Positions 13,121 to 27,158 of a stretch of DNA of 64,000 bases are shown piece after piece. The translations under genes and the position numbers were made by a program. Within the stretch, counting starts at the first letter, position 1. Each line of letters begins with the position of its first letter. The notes under the pieces were generated by a model. It was not told the DNA's origin. It saw only the letters and a list, made by a program, of their open reading frames with translations, and did no database searches. The stretch lies in contig CM022670.1 of NCBI GenBank assembly GCA_012295275.1, forward strand, positions 25,110,001-25,174,000, written 5' to 3'. This DNA comes from Chrysomallon squamiferum (lineage: Eukaryota; Animalia; Mollusca).

Positions 13121-13713
13121 GGAAAAAAAGTCACAGAAAAAAAGTCACAGTTTTTTTTAATTAAAATTAAGAAATATTTTAGAAATGAAAGATAGATGAA
13201 ACACATATTCTTTGATTTTAATGTTGGTGGTTTAGGCGGATGTTCCACCCAATACCACGAAGAAATTCTGCCACAGTCGCAAATTGCGGTTCTCAAGGCT
13301 CTCTCTGTAAGTGTGTTATCACTGAACCTCGACAATTACAACTAGATGTTTTGACGCATTTCCACCACAACTTTGTTTTGCGAATAGCATGTTTTGATAT
13401 ACATGAACCCCTCGTAACAGATTTTGTTACCAGCCTTATTGCTATGAATAACGTCCACATTAAACATACTTCTGATACTAGAGCAAGCTGGAGAATATAT
13501 AGTGAAACACATTTTAAAATCATTTAAAATAGGAAGCTCTTAGTTTAAATCTATCAGTAAGCTAAACCCAATACAAAACCCCTTTCTTTAATCTAGCCTA
13601 ATCAATAAGCTTAGCAATTACCCCATGCATGCTATGATGCCATATTCAATACGCTACAAACCCATACATTTTGTGTCTTTTTTCTGTGACTTTTTTCCTG
13701 TGACTATTTTTCC
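13121..13713. mobile_element. Non-autonomous inverted-repeat element (MITE-like), ~0.6 kb
   Basis: Left end ggaaaaaaagtcacagaaaaaaagtcacag (13121-13150); right end ctgtgacttttttcctgtgactatttttcc (13684-13713) is its near-perfect reverse complement. ATCTGA occurs near both flanks. Confidence 0.7.
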
Positions 13714-14169
13714 AGTCACCATCTGATCACCTCTGAAGACTTCTATGGGGATTATCAAACACTATAACATAAAGAAACGAAAATAATAAAGATGCTTGTG
13801 CCATGTAAACAAAGTGAACTAATTTTGACGCTAGTAATATAAGCTGTTAGATATACTAGTGGAAGCAGAGTAATGTAATAATATTCATCAGCAGCAGCTG
13901 TAGTAGTATTCATAATAATAATACTTATAACGATGATAATGATAACAATCAGGCATTTGTAAATAAAACAGTAACATAAAGTTATCATAAGAAGCTAATG
14001 AAATTATTACTAAAACAAAGACAGATATGCAAAGCTGGTGTTCTGATTATGTTTCAATCAACATGTTTAAGAAGTTCAAAAGTAATTTTTTTTTTTTTTT
14101 TTTTTTTTTGTTATGTTTCGAACAAAACTTTAACAAAAAAAGTTTATTTGTACTGTTACAACTTAAAGA

Positions 14170-14720
14170 AATAAAGCGCAATTTCAGTCGTTACGGTGAC
14201 GTGAACCGCTATCTTCACACATAAATCGTTTCGTTACGACGTTAATGGATGATGCTAACCGATGACTGTTGAGTTAAACACCTTTTAAACGTCACTCGGT
14301 GCTTCAGATAAATGCTCCACTTGAAAATATCACAATATCGGTACCCAGCGGACCCAGCGCGTTCTCGACGAGCCCAAGACGAGAGAACTGTATGAGCAGC
14401 CCTAGTCCAGATGTGGCCTTTCTCCCGTTCATTGTGGCCGAGTCTCTTCCTGCTGCGCTCAGTCCATCAAATTACGCATGCTCATTGACACTAACTGAGG
14501 CGTGAAACAATGGTTAAAAGAACAGCCCGAGACAGCTCGCGCCGGAGTCGGTATTCCCAAATTGTTTCTCTTTCCGTTCGCGATCACACTATCGGATATC
14601 AAAGTTTAATCATAATTAATTTTCTATGTGTTTTCATTGTGTCGTGTATTCGGCAAATTATACTGCAATGAAAATCTTGAACAATGCAAGGGGCGGTGTC
14701 GGTAGCTTATTTTAGGGAGG
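14170..14720. promoter_or_regulatory. Candidate distal enhancer (CpG-rich island)
   Basis: GC/CpG-rich, repeat-free and non-coding; shares a 13-bp motif with the 10 kb island. Confidence 0.4.
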
Positions 14721-14999
14721 GGTTTTCTGTTTTTGTCCAAAGCAGACGAATGGTTTTTTTATTTTTTTTCCCTGGTACCTGCAATCTGTTATGCATAATA
14801 TTAAATGGTAATAAATGTAACGATGGTTATTGATAGTCGGAGTAAATAACAATATTTTTAATTATAATACATTTTTTTGTAGTTCAGCATCGCCGTCAGC
14901 TGTTTGTAGGTAATTTACCAACGATCTGGAACGGTGACTGAAATACAGATATAATAAAGATAAAATCATGGATGTTTCAGCTTTAATTAAATTCATGAA

Positions 15000-15034
<35 letters not shown>

Positions 15035-15321
15035 ATGAAAGAGATAAAAGAGAAAACAAAAAAAAAGAAGAAAAAAGCTTTAGTAAAACGTTACAAAATA
15101 AAAATAAAATAAACCCCAAAATAAATTATTTTAAATTTTAAAAAATACCAAGGACAAACACAAAAACAACAACAACCCAACAACGTTATAACAACCTCCA
15201 AAAATGTTCAAACACACACAGAGCGAAACAAATTTTTGAAATATCGAAAAGAAAAAACAAAACAAAATATAATGATAATCCCAAGAAAGCAAACAAATAT
15301 AATAATAATAATAACAATAAC

Positions 15322-15380
<59 letters not shown>

Positions 15381-17425
15381 CAAATAAACAAATAAATAAA
15401 ACTGAAAATTTATTGCTATCTCTTCTTGGTTAGTTTAAAACACTGTACTCTGTATAAGGATATAACATCCAGTGTCTGAATACATTTTTCATATTCACCG
15501 CACTATTAAACAGTTTTATATTTACAACGGCACAAGTTGACTGAGTACACTTTCAATGTGCAGCCTCATAATTAAAGCTGTCAGGCTGTAATATTAGTAA
15601 ACGTTTTTAAGTGATACGGACAATTTCATTTAAAATCTGTTTAAAAAAAGAGAAGATTTCAAGCGTCTGAAGGCGAGCGATCTGTTACTGTTTTATATAA
15701 TTTGTCTTCATTTTTCAGTTCTTAGCACTTTAGTTTATTGTTTTTCCAGTGTTTTTATTTTTATTTTTATTTTTATTCATTCAGTTGTAGGTTTTAGCTG
15801 GTTTCGTTTTCAGCATGGCGCAGTTCTCATAGGAAGAGATGACAGTGAGGTTAAAAAGAAACCAGTTTATTGAGTCAGTCCAGAACCTCGCTTCTCACCC
15901 TTGTTTCTAGTCTTTTTTACTGTTTTCGTCAGCTGGATTCTGATATTCAAGTGCAACATTTTCTTTTCGTCTGAAAACTGCAGAAAAAGACAGAAATTTG
16001 ACCTTTTATAAAGATGGTCGGGAGAATGTACAGAGTTCAGAAAAAGGAGAGGTGGCTGCATAATCTTATATTCGAAATGAATTTCTTTATAACTGATAAA
16101 AAAGATTTGGCATTTATCTGCATGCGAGTTGCATAATACGAAATTCTGGACGTATGGTCATTCTGCCAACGTGAAGCATATAAACTTAAGGACATAACCA
16201 GTGAAAACGGTATAACAGCTTATTGAGGCATGTACGGTGTAACTCAAATTATCAGTTACTCTAATTTTGTTTATTTTTTTATATACATACAATGCACATG
16301 TACATCATTTTTGCAAAGATCACAATTATTTTAAAAAAAGAAGAAAATAAAGATCAGTAATAAGCCGCATGATCGATGCTTTACAAAAAAGACTATGAAT
16401 GAAAATCACAGATAAGGTTGTAACCGTACAATTTCTGTTTGGACAGACTTGTCAAACAGAGCTTTTTAATTAGTCGCTCATGAAAACACCTTTTATTAAA
16501 GAGTTCGGAGTTCACGGGTATTTGTCTAGAAGGGGAGAGAAGATATTGTAGACATTCATGTCCTGGGTCACGATCCCAGAGAGGACTTTATTACAGGGGT
16601 TTCCAGTCTAATCTGTATTAACTTCCATACAAACCAAATTAGTTTTTGTTGCTTTATTTAAAGAGCCATCTGTAAGGCGAAAAAGAACATGTTCTGCAGT
16701 ACAATGGGTGGGAGGGGTTCGTCTCTCTGTTGTCAGTGAAAGGCTGGGGACAGATTAGTAATTTTCATTTTGATCTGCTGCAGACAGAAGGCTGCGGAAA
16801 ACAAAAAGAGAATAAAAGAAAACAAAACACAAACAGAGGATAATAATAGTTCTGCGTAAAAAAATAATCTCGTTAAAACTGGCTTGGTAATATATATTTT
16901 ATGTGGACTGATGATTTTTATTTTTATTTTAAAATACATTGGGTTTTTTTTTGCTTTTTACACGGAGAAGTGACAGCATGTATATTTCATTTATTTAAAT
17001 TTTGTTCATGGTTTTAATACTGTAATAATTTAAAATTTATAAAAATAAAAAAAAATATTTTTGAGTAAATAAAAATAAAAAACAAAATAATATACAATTA
17101 AATTTCTGATACTTCTAGTAAAAGAAAAAAAAAAAAAACAAGAAAACAAACAAACTATATATATACTTTCGGCAGTTTGCTGAAGGTGAAAAATAATTTT
17201 TTTAAACACTAAACTATTATTTTGTTTTTATTTATATTTTCATCTCTGCCTTATGAAAACTGACACTATAAATATCGAAGTCAGAAACTGAAAATTACAA
17301 ATCATCATAAAATAAAATTACCGAATCGAAATAGGAAAAGAAAAAGTAAAAATGAATTCAAAACAAAAACTGGACATAAAAAATGTGTATAAAGTGAAAA
17401 TAAAACATCAAAAGCAACGGAAGGG

Positions 17426-17501
<76 letters not shown>

Positions 17502-17739
17502 AACACTGATTAAAAAAAAAAAAAAAAAGAATACAAAAACAAATAAAAATTTAAAAAAAATCATAACACGCCAACAAAAAGATCAACAATGCACGTAAAC
17601 CACGAAGGAATAATTTGAAAATAATAATACAAAATAAATCAGATTAACCATATCCCGGAGATATTGGACAGGAAAAAAAAAAAAAAAAGGATTCTAAGTC
17701 TGTGCTGAATACCTTTTTAACGATGAAATGTAATCAAGT

Positions 17740-18670
17740 GAAGAATGCAAACATAAATGGTTGGCCAGTGCACTGACTGCGTCAAATAATGACTTGCGCA
17801 AACAACTTGCATTGAGCGACATTACAGAGAAACATCATTATATTTCCTGTATTACACTTCTTGCCAAATGCTTCTGTTTGTAGAACTTCATTCAGAGTCG
17901 CTGTCACAGATTCTTTCTATTCTCTCCCGGCCATCCCCGCCAGGCAAGTGCGCGTCCGCATCACGCGCTTGTTTAAGTTGGCGAGAGCTCGATAAACAAG
18001 AGAACGTTTCAGCGCTGTAAGGGGCGATTCTTCTTTCTGCAGGAAGCGACTCCATTTCTCACTTCTGGTGGTGCTCGAGATCCGCCGAATTCCCCGCGCT
18101 ACTCCAGTCTCACTTCCGAATGTGTGATTGCAAAATACTTCTAAAATGGCTATTTGTTCGAGGTGAGAGGCTGGATTGAAAATTATTATAGCATGCTTTC
18201 GGGCTCGAAGCTGATCAATAGTTAATAAGTGCACCGTTTAATTTTTCAAATCGCAATTGGATGGTGGTGGCCGTTCTAGGACTGGAAACGCTGCAATTAG
18301 GAAGATTAAACTGATATAAAACTGGGCGTCCCGAATTGTAATAATTGCAAATCAAAGATTCGCATCAACAAATGTTAGACTCGGGGAGTTTGAAAAATGT
18401 TAAATGAATTACATCAATTATGCCATCGACTCAGATGTAAAAAGTGAATTAGGCGATTGTCTTTTCGGGCAAACAATTGCTCTCCCTTGCTCCCGCGCGT
18501 CCTGGGATTTCCAGCGATTATTCCATTTGCCATTTCAGCGAGGCAGACGGTTACCGATGATAATTAATATTTGGCAAGAACGTCCGTTCCGCATGTGCTG
18601 ACGTGAGCTGTTTCTGCTATAATAAAGAAAGATATTGCAACTTCTATCCCCGTCCAGCAGCACAAAAATC
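17740..18670. promoter_or_regulatory. Candidate distal enhancer (CpG-rich island)
   Basis: ~0.9 kb repeat-free CpG-rich block with many TAAT/ATTA cores and no recognisable ORF. Confidence 0.4.
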
Positions 18671-19140
18671 AAGATGAATGTTGTTTTGGCATTGTGTGGC
18701 GATGACGTTGACGACGATAATGTTGGTCGTAATTACAGTGCTGATGAAAGAGGCAGTGGCGGTTAATCATTGATAATATTGGTAACAATTACGAAAATTT
18801 TGTTCGAATGATTGCAATAAAATTCATGAAAATTTGGTTTAATAATGTTAATGCCAAGTTAGAGGTAGTGCGTATTAATTAATTTTCCTAAGTCATCTCA
18901 TAAAAATTATAAATAAATAAATAAATAAATAAATACCCCCAAATTTACAAGGCAAACGATAAACTTGATCTCACTATACTCCAAAGATACAATATATATA
19001 TATATATTAAATAAAGCTTAAAATAAATATTAATATATTAATATGTAATATTATATAATAGTTTTAATAATGTCAATCATGAAATAAAGTTTATGAATGC
19101 TGAACCATCTAAAACATTTAAGATATCACAATTTCGAAAA

Positions 19141-19184
19141 AGATTCGGATTTCGTAATTTCGGATTAGCGATCCTTGACCTGTA
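19141..19184. mobile_element. Tc1/mariner-pogo (Tigger-like) terminal inverted repeat remnant with TA target
   Basis: Reverse complement reads TA-CAGGTCAAGGATCGCTAATCCGAAATTACGAAATCCGAA, closely resembling the Tigger4/Zombi TIR as recalled from memory (CAGGTTGAGCATCCCTAATCCGAAAATCCGAAATCCGAA). Confidence 0.6.
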
Positions 19185-19647
19185 ATAATAATAATAACAA
19201 CAACAACAACAACAACAACAACAATAACAACAACAACAACAACAATAATAATAATAATAATAATAATAATTATAATGGATTAGTAAAATAAGACTGTGTC
19301 ATTATTGTGATTTATATAATTTAAAGATGAATATTTAATTCAAAAGAAAAAAGAAAACTGTTTTATGCAATCTAGAAATGACATTCTAACATAAAGAATT
19401 ATTATTGACTAAACATTAAAACCTTCACATCTAAATTCAGTGTGTCTTTAATGCAGTCACAATGATAACAATCGCTTAGAAATGTGATATTTATTCAAGT
19501 TATATGTTTTTAAAATGAATTTCGTGAGCATATACTTAAACTGATTTAACACATTTTTACTGCTGTTCTAAACGAATTATAATTTCATTTCCAAAGCATT
19601 GAAACAATATCCTTTTTTATTTTGTTTTCTCTAACACATCCGATTAG

Positions 19648-19701
<54 letters not shown>

Positions 19702-20039
19702 AATAATAATAATAATAATAAAATTTTATAATAAAAAATAAAATAAAATTAACAAAAGGATAATAATAAGAACAAATAGACAATAATAACAACAACAACA
19801 ACAAAAATAAATAAATAAATAAAAATTAAAATAAAAAAAAAATTAAAAAAAAGAGATAAAACCTAACAATTGACATTAATAAAATTAAAAATAGAAAAAT
19901 AAATAAATAAATATATATATATATATATCCCATACCCATCCAGGTAGATATGACAAACACACTAACAACAACACCAACACCAACGAAAACAGAAAAAAAA
20001 ACAAAAAAAAAAACACGTCCATAACGCTCGCTAGTCTCG

Positions 20040-20830
20040 AGTTAACTTTTTTTTTGGACTTTTGGATTTTTCAGTGAAAACAAAACATGAGATAACGAAG
20101 TATTCGTGTTAGACAAGAAAACTGAAAAGAAGATGCGGACAGATGGGCGTTTGACTCGTAGCAGAGCAAAGTCAAGGAGAATCACCAATAAGACTGAAAA
20201 GCAATAACTGAACACAAACAGAATTTTGGTTCTCAAAACACGCTGGTGCTCGTCCCTGCAATATTCAATATCATACAGCGAGGCCACTGCCGCGCGCTGT
20301 GTTTGCACACTCAAACAGATCAGATGTAGAGGCTTTGAGGCGTCTTCAAGTTAAACAGCACAACTTCAAGCGAATCAACCGACTAATAATTTTCATTCTT
20401 AACACGTCTTCATTACCGCCGTTTTTCGAAGACAGGTGCGCGCTGTTTGCAAGCGCGTCTGCGCGAAAGTTGAACGTGCCTAAAGCAAATATTTACGCGC
20501 GCGATGATGTAGTAACAAGTTCATCGTTTGACCATTTTCGCTCGCCATCCTAATTGCTTCTTTTACATTCAGTATGACCGAACAAGTTTACTTAAGGCCT
20601 TGTTTTGCATTTGACATTGTGGCGGAAGGACCTCCCCCGATAGTGTAATTTGTTTAAGGAGATTTAAAAGGGTCATTTCGTTTGCAGTGTCAAGCTGCGC
20701 ATATCTTAAAGCGAGACGTATCTGTGAGGATACTTCGGAGTAATGGACATTTTACAACACAAGAGGAACACTTTCATCAACTCGCCGCTGTTTGTAGACC
20801 AACACATCTGAACGTTCCAACCATTACGGA
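20040..20830. promoter_or_regulatory. Candidate enhancer (CpG-rich island)
   Basis: Repeat-free block with several CGCG runs and no credible ORF. Confidence 0.35.
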
Positions 20831-21454
20831 AACTATTCATATTTTCTTTATTCGTTTTCTTTTTCGATTTTTTTTTTTACCACTATGTTTACTCATTTTA
20901 TGTTATTTTTATTTTATTTTCAAATTTTAATAAATTAGTTTTCTTTCAGGTAAAGGTGTTTGGATTCTGTGATACTGTACTAGTTACAACGACAACAACA
21001 ACAAAAATTCAAATTGATCAAATATATATTTAAGGCCGTGATCATTTGTGCGAGGGTTTTAACGATTTACGAAAAGTTTATAAAGTATGTTTTAAGTTTT
21101 AAAATTTTGTGCGGGACACCAGAATCATATGAAGTAATAAATTCATCTGTTTAAACTGTAATCCATATACAGAGAAATGATGCAGCTCAGTATATTTTAT
21201 TTAAAAAATATGACAATAAGATTTCTTAAAATACTGATGAAATGAATAAATAAATAAATAAATAAATAAATATATAAACTAACTAATAAATATATAAGTA
21301 AAATATTGATCAACATAAATAACACGTGTTAGTTTGCAGTATCTCAGTGATAATTATTACGTGAGTTTATGTTAATAAAGAACAGCGTATCATCATCCAT
21401 CATTATCATCATCATCATCATCATCACTATTTCATTAATTATTATTATTATTAT

Positions 21455-21534
<80 letters not shown>

Positions 21535-22221
21535 TTACCACTACTACTGTTGTGTTTATAATTAATGTTTTGACAATATTGTTGCATATTTCGGAAGAGT
21601 AAAAATTCTCCTGAAACATTAGAAAATTTGTTTTATTACTGTCACAAGTGGACATTTGAAATTGAATATGTTGCTAAATAAACATTTAATTGTTTTTGAC
21701 ATGACAAATAGTGAAATAAACGAAGTATTTGTAGTTAAACTGGTTAATAATTAATATACAGTATTATGTTTATGGTTTATTAATAATATTAAAAATATAC
21801 TACCACATAAATTTCATATATAGACAAATATATTTAATTTAAAAATTGCGAGTATGACAACAATTTAATGAATGCTGTGGAAAATGGCTTCACCTTTTTA
21901 AATATGATTTATTTCTATTTGTAAAACAGCATGGCTTGTTCGGAGATTAAAATACATATTTTTCCTGTATCTCTTTTTAAAGATCATTCTCGCACTTTAT
22001 CTATATCTGATTTTTTTTCTTTGAAGAATATGCCTAATGTCATTATCATTATATTAAACACCCGACAGTAATCGATTTTAAAGTTGTATTCTCTTTTAAT
22101 ATCCCTCAAAGTTGTTATAATAATATTGTATGTCACATTATTTGAATATAACGTTTATATTATAGCGCAGTGATTCAAGGTTCCCCAACTTTGACATCTG
22201 CTTATGATATGGGCGTAATTA

Positions 22222-22281
<60 letters not shown>

Positions 22282-22549
22282 TAAATCAATAAACAGACAA
22301 CAAGAAAACAAATTCTACAGCAATACCGGCACCAACAACAATTACACAGTTATTACCACTAATAATTAGTACCATAAATAGCCCGCTTCCCAAACAAAAA
22401 TATCCCCAAAACCCAAATAAATTAAAAATTAGATGTTAAAACAACAACCATAACAACCACAACAACGACAACAACAACAACAACAATAATAAATAATAAT
22501 AAGAAGAAGACCAACAACAACAACAGTGAAGTAGATAAATTTAAAAAAG

Positions 22550-22594
<45 letters not shown>

Positions 22595-22754
22595 AGATAA
22601 AAATAAAGAAAATTAATTATAATCTGCGCAAAATAGTGGGAATTAAAGCATAAACTGTATACAACAGTTATAATATTTATTTTATTTAACAATATGATTT
22701 CGTGTTTAAAGATGACATCTCGACATTTATTAATAATAAAAGCTAAAATGTGTC

Positions 22755-23200
22755 CAACATATATTTCGTATCCTTTAATAATGGTAAACAAACAACATAT
22801 ATTTCGTATCCTTTAATAATGGTAAACAAACAACATATATTTCGTATCCTTTAATAATGGTAAGTAACCAACATATATTTCACATCCTTTAATAATGGTA
22901 AGTAACCAACATATATTTCATATCCTTTAATAATGGTAAACAAACAACATATATTTCATATTCTTTAATAATGGTAAATAACCAACATATATTTCGTATC
23001 CTTTAATAATGGTAACAAACAACATATATTTCATATCCTTTAATAATGGTAACAAACAACATATATTTCATATCTTTTAATAATGGTGAACAACTAACAT
23101 ATATTTCATATCCTTTAATAATGGTAAACAAACAACACATATTTCATATCCTTTAATAATGGTAAATAACCAACATATATTTCATATCCTTTAATAATGG
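22755..23200. repeat. 38-bp tandem minisatellite, 12 copies
   Basis: Unit caacatatatttcRtatcctttaataatggtaaacaaa starts at 22755, 22793, 22831 and so on; no spacers between copies. Confidence 0.95.
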
Positions 23201-23858
23201 AAAGTAAGAAGGAACCGGCTACCGTCAAACCAAAGGCTAAGTTTATCGATTGTACAGTAGATAGGAAAGCGGATGTTAGTCGTGGTTGACATGAGAACAG
23301 GCCAGAGGGCGCGCTACCTAACGATGTTGTATGACGTCATAGCTCTTTGCATTAGCATTTCTTACGTTACATTTAAAATAGTCAATAAAATTTATTAATA
23401 GTTACTTCAATATTAACTCATAAAAATGTAACATTTTTTGTTTTGCTTTATATTATTTTTGGTATTAATCATAAGATTCTCATGTAATAACAAAGTACCA
23501 GAACATGGAAACCCGCTGCCGACATTGAATGAACTGATCTTATTAATTAGTGTGTTGTTGTTGTTTGTTTATTTTAATATGCACCTTACCATAGCGTCGA
23601 CAACACGTAACTCAATCTCTGATAGGTCTACGTCTACACAGACTGCACTGAAGTCTATGACGCGTATGAAGACGGACTGATCCTAAGACGTATCGAGTCT
23701 TGGTTTCTCATCATTCAGTCTGATCGTGTGATTTGGTTGTCTAATGAAACAAGTTTAATACGAAAGAATAAGCTGTTGTTACTATCTATATATTTCTATT
23801 AAAATAAAATAATAATAAAATATAAATGAATGAATGAATGAATGAATGAATGAATACA

Positions 23859-23901
<43 letters not shown>

Positions 23902-24497
23902 AATAAATAAATTAAATTAAATTAAATTAAATTAAAATTTAAATAAATAAAATAAAGTATAAAATAAACAAATACAATACAAATACGATATAAATCAAAT
24001 AAAATAAAATAAAATAAAATAAAATCAAATCAAATTACAAACAGGACTGAAAATAATAAAATAAAAAAGAAAAACGATCAATACATGCAATAATATTTTC
24101 TAAACAACCAGTTCAATAATCATCAATACGTACGTTAGTTAACGCGACAACAAAAATGAGGTTTTTTTTCGTTGTTTTTTTCAATACTGAATTCATTTAT
24201 TAACCTTCTCTACTTGACCTTAGGTGCTCCTAATGTACCATAACGGGATCCTACGTCGAGCTGGATGAACGAAAGATATCTTAACAGATGTGTGTCCCTC
24301 AACAATGGGGCTGGTTGACAAGGTTGGGGCGGTGTAATAACGGGAACGTGTTGGTCGTGTGTCCCAGATTAATCGCGGGTTTCACCTTGTGATTGTCAGA
24401 CTACAATCAATTATTACATATTCACTCATGCAAAAGGATGCAGTTATTGGTTAACGTTACAAATTAATTCCAGTGTCAAGCATTTTGCTGTTGTCTG

Positions 24498-24539
<42 letters not shown>

Positions 24540-24601
24540 AATAATAATAATAATAATAATAATAATGTTAATAATGATAATAATGGTGGTAGTGGTAGTA
24601 G

Positions 24602-24633
<32 letters not shown>

Positions 24634-24684
24634 AATGTATGTATGCATGCATGCATACATGTCTGTGCATGTGTATGTTTTATA

Positions 24685-24731
<47 letters not shown>

Positions 24732-25090
24732 GTAAAATTACAGAATATGTTCTGATAAATTATGTTTTTATCACAATCGGGGTGGGGGGTTATATTAAAT
24801 TATTATGAATATGACAGTCTGCTGTTGATCAAGAAGATGAAAAAGAAGAAAAAGTAACAGCAGTAGGAGTAGGAGTAGGAGTAACAACAACAGCAACAAC
24901 AACTACAACAATACTACTACTACTATTACTACTAATAATAATAACATTAATCTAATTTATTAGCTTTACGTCCAGTTTGAAAATATAAATTACATGAATT
25001 AAATGCATTTAACAAGTGTATACCATGTGAATCATGAAAACTATTTTAAGATACATATTTTCCTAAATTAAAAAAACAAATAACAACCAA

Positions 25091-25125
<35 letters not shown>

Positions 25126-25609
25126 AATAAATAAATAAATAACGGAAATAAAAATAAAGAATAATCAATGAGAAAATTAAAGAAATAAAGAAAAATCAAT
25201 GAGAAAATTAAAGAAATAAAGAAAATAAATAAATACAAAGAAAGAAAGAAAGAAAGAAAGAAAAAAAGAAAGAATATTATGTTAAAGAAAAACAAAAATC
25301 TATTTTTGCATGGTCAGCGATAAACTGACCACAGCCAACATTGTAATGACCCATTCGTTCACCTATCGGCTACAGATACCATTACTCTCTTGTAAATCGA
25401 TGAATATTCATGACATACAATTATTCAGTTTAGTTTTATAAGGCAATCTGTTAACCAAAGCAAATTTTACGTACTAACATTTGTCTTCGTGTACGTAGCT
25501 GAGTAGTAATTACTGTAGGTTATAGGATATAATGATCTTTCTAGTTTACTTACATAAACAAGTCGTTGATCTATCTCATTATATATCAGATTTAGACAGT
25601 GCACTGATA

Positions 25610-26020
25610 CTTACATATATACATATATATGTGCATGTACACACATTCATACGTACCATACATACATACATACATACATACATACATACATGCACGCACG
25701 CACCTTCAAACTTAATACTACATTAATACATACACACATATACATACATACATGTACATACATACATAAAACATACATTAATACATACACACATACATAC
25801 ATACAAACATACATACATACATACATACATACATGCATGTAAGCACGCACGCATCTTCAAACTTAATACATTAATACATACACACATACATACATACATA
25901 CATACAAACTAATACATACATACATACATACATACATACACATACATACATACATACATACATACATACATACATACATACATACATACTGACAGACATA
26001 CATACATACTGACAGACATA
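25610..26020. repeat. (TACA)n compound microsatellite with an internal segmental duplication
   Basis: gcacgcacgca(c/t)cttcaaacttaatac occurs twice (~25692 and ~25843) between TACA runs. Confidence 0.85.
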
Positions 26021-26199
26021 CGTTCGTACGTAACTCACAGAAACGCAGATATCTATATTCAAAACAACACGCACACATTTCTTTATATAAACACATACAC
26101 ATTTAAATTTAATTTTGACTGTTTGCGAAAACTGTTTTTAAACGCTTCTGTTTTGTTTTTATCAGTTTGATAAACAAATGCTTAAACCGAATCAAGAGA

Positions 26200-27019
26200 A
26201 GATTTCATTGTGCGGAGTGCGAAACGAGATAGGGAAATGAAATGTAAGTCGCTAATAACCGGAGTGTAAATTCAGTTAGTGTCTCATATGTGAAAACACC
26301 AATTCAATTATTCTTTGAAAAGAAATTAATTACGAAAATCAGACGGTTTGTTTTCATTTCATTGCCAGACATTATTACCGAGCCCGTTTCAGAAATTTCT
26401 TTTTCCACTACGGGCTTTTCTCTGCTGAAAAATCTCTTTCAGCGGTTTTTGTTTTCGTTTGGTTAATGTTTGACATTCCGCAAAACAAAGTATATTATTT
26501 TGTCTCTAGCAATAAACGGGCGGAGAATTTTTATTTTGTCGCTTCGAAAAACGTATTTGTTAAAGGAGAGTCCCGGTCCGGGAGGACGTGTTGTTTTTGT
26601 GCTGGAGATAAAAGGGGGCGGTTTCCAATCGCCCCGTCTCCATACGTCATTTCTCTCGCGCGACGAATAGGGAAACGGAAATGGCAAGGGCATTTCATAT
26701 CGGAATCGCATTATAATTTAATTAAGCGCGCATACATAAGCGTATCGAAGTTAGTAAATTTCTCACTTTCTAAACTTGATGATCATTTATTGGACCGAGT
26801 CTAAATTAGATAGCAGACAGATAGAATTTAGCAGAGTCTTCTCGTTTGTCCAGCAAAAAGACTAATCAAATCTGGGGAAATAAGACACGGAATTCCATCG
26901 TGTGCGAGAAAGCGAACGATCTTTCATTTGATAAACTCCATACTCACGAAAAAATATCCATTAGATCTGGTTTAAGTCTGAATAAGACTTTTATATACAT
27001 ATATATATATATATATAAA

Positions 27020-27074
<55 letters not shown>

Positions 27075-27158
27075 GAAAAACAAATATATGTTTTTAAATA
27101 TAAAATAAAAATAAAAACCAAAAAAAAAAAAAAAAAATAATAAAAAAAAATATCACAG
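26200..27158 (+). promoter_or_regulatory. Probable Phox2 promoter/5' UTR region
   Basis: CpG-rich block just upstream of the first coding exon, with a GC box (GGGGGCGG, ~26614) and the P3 homeodomain palindrome TAATTTAATTA (26714-26724). The TSS cannot be placed from sequence. Confidence 0.6.

Noticed and set aside
22185-22195. Further transposon TIR-like words here and near 63303
   Set aside because: Short, degenerate and without a partner end.
22755-23200. 38-bp array as a CRISPR array
   Set aside because: Head-to-tail repeats with no unique spacers, no cas genes, and a eukaryotic context.
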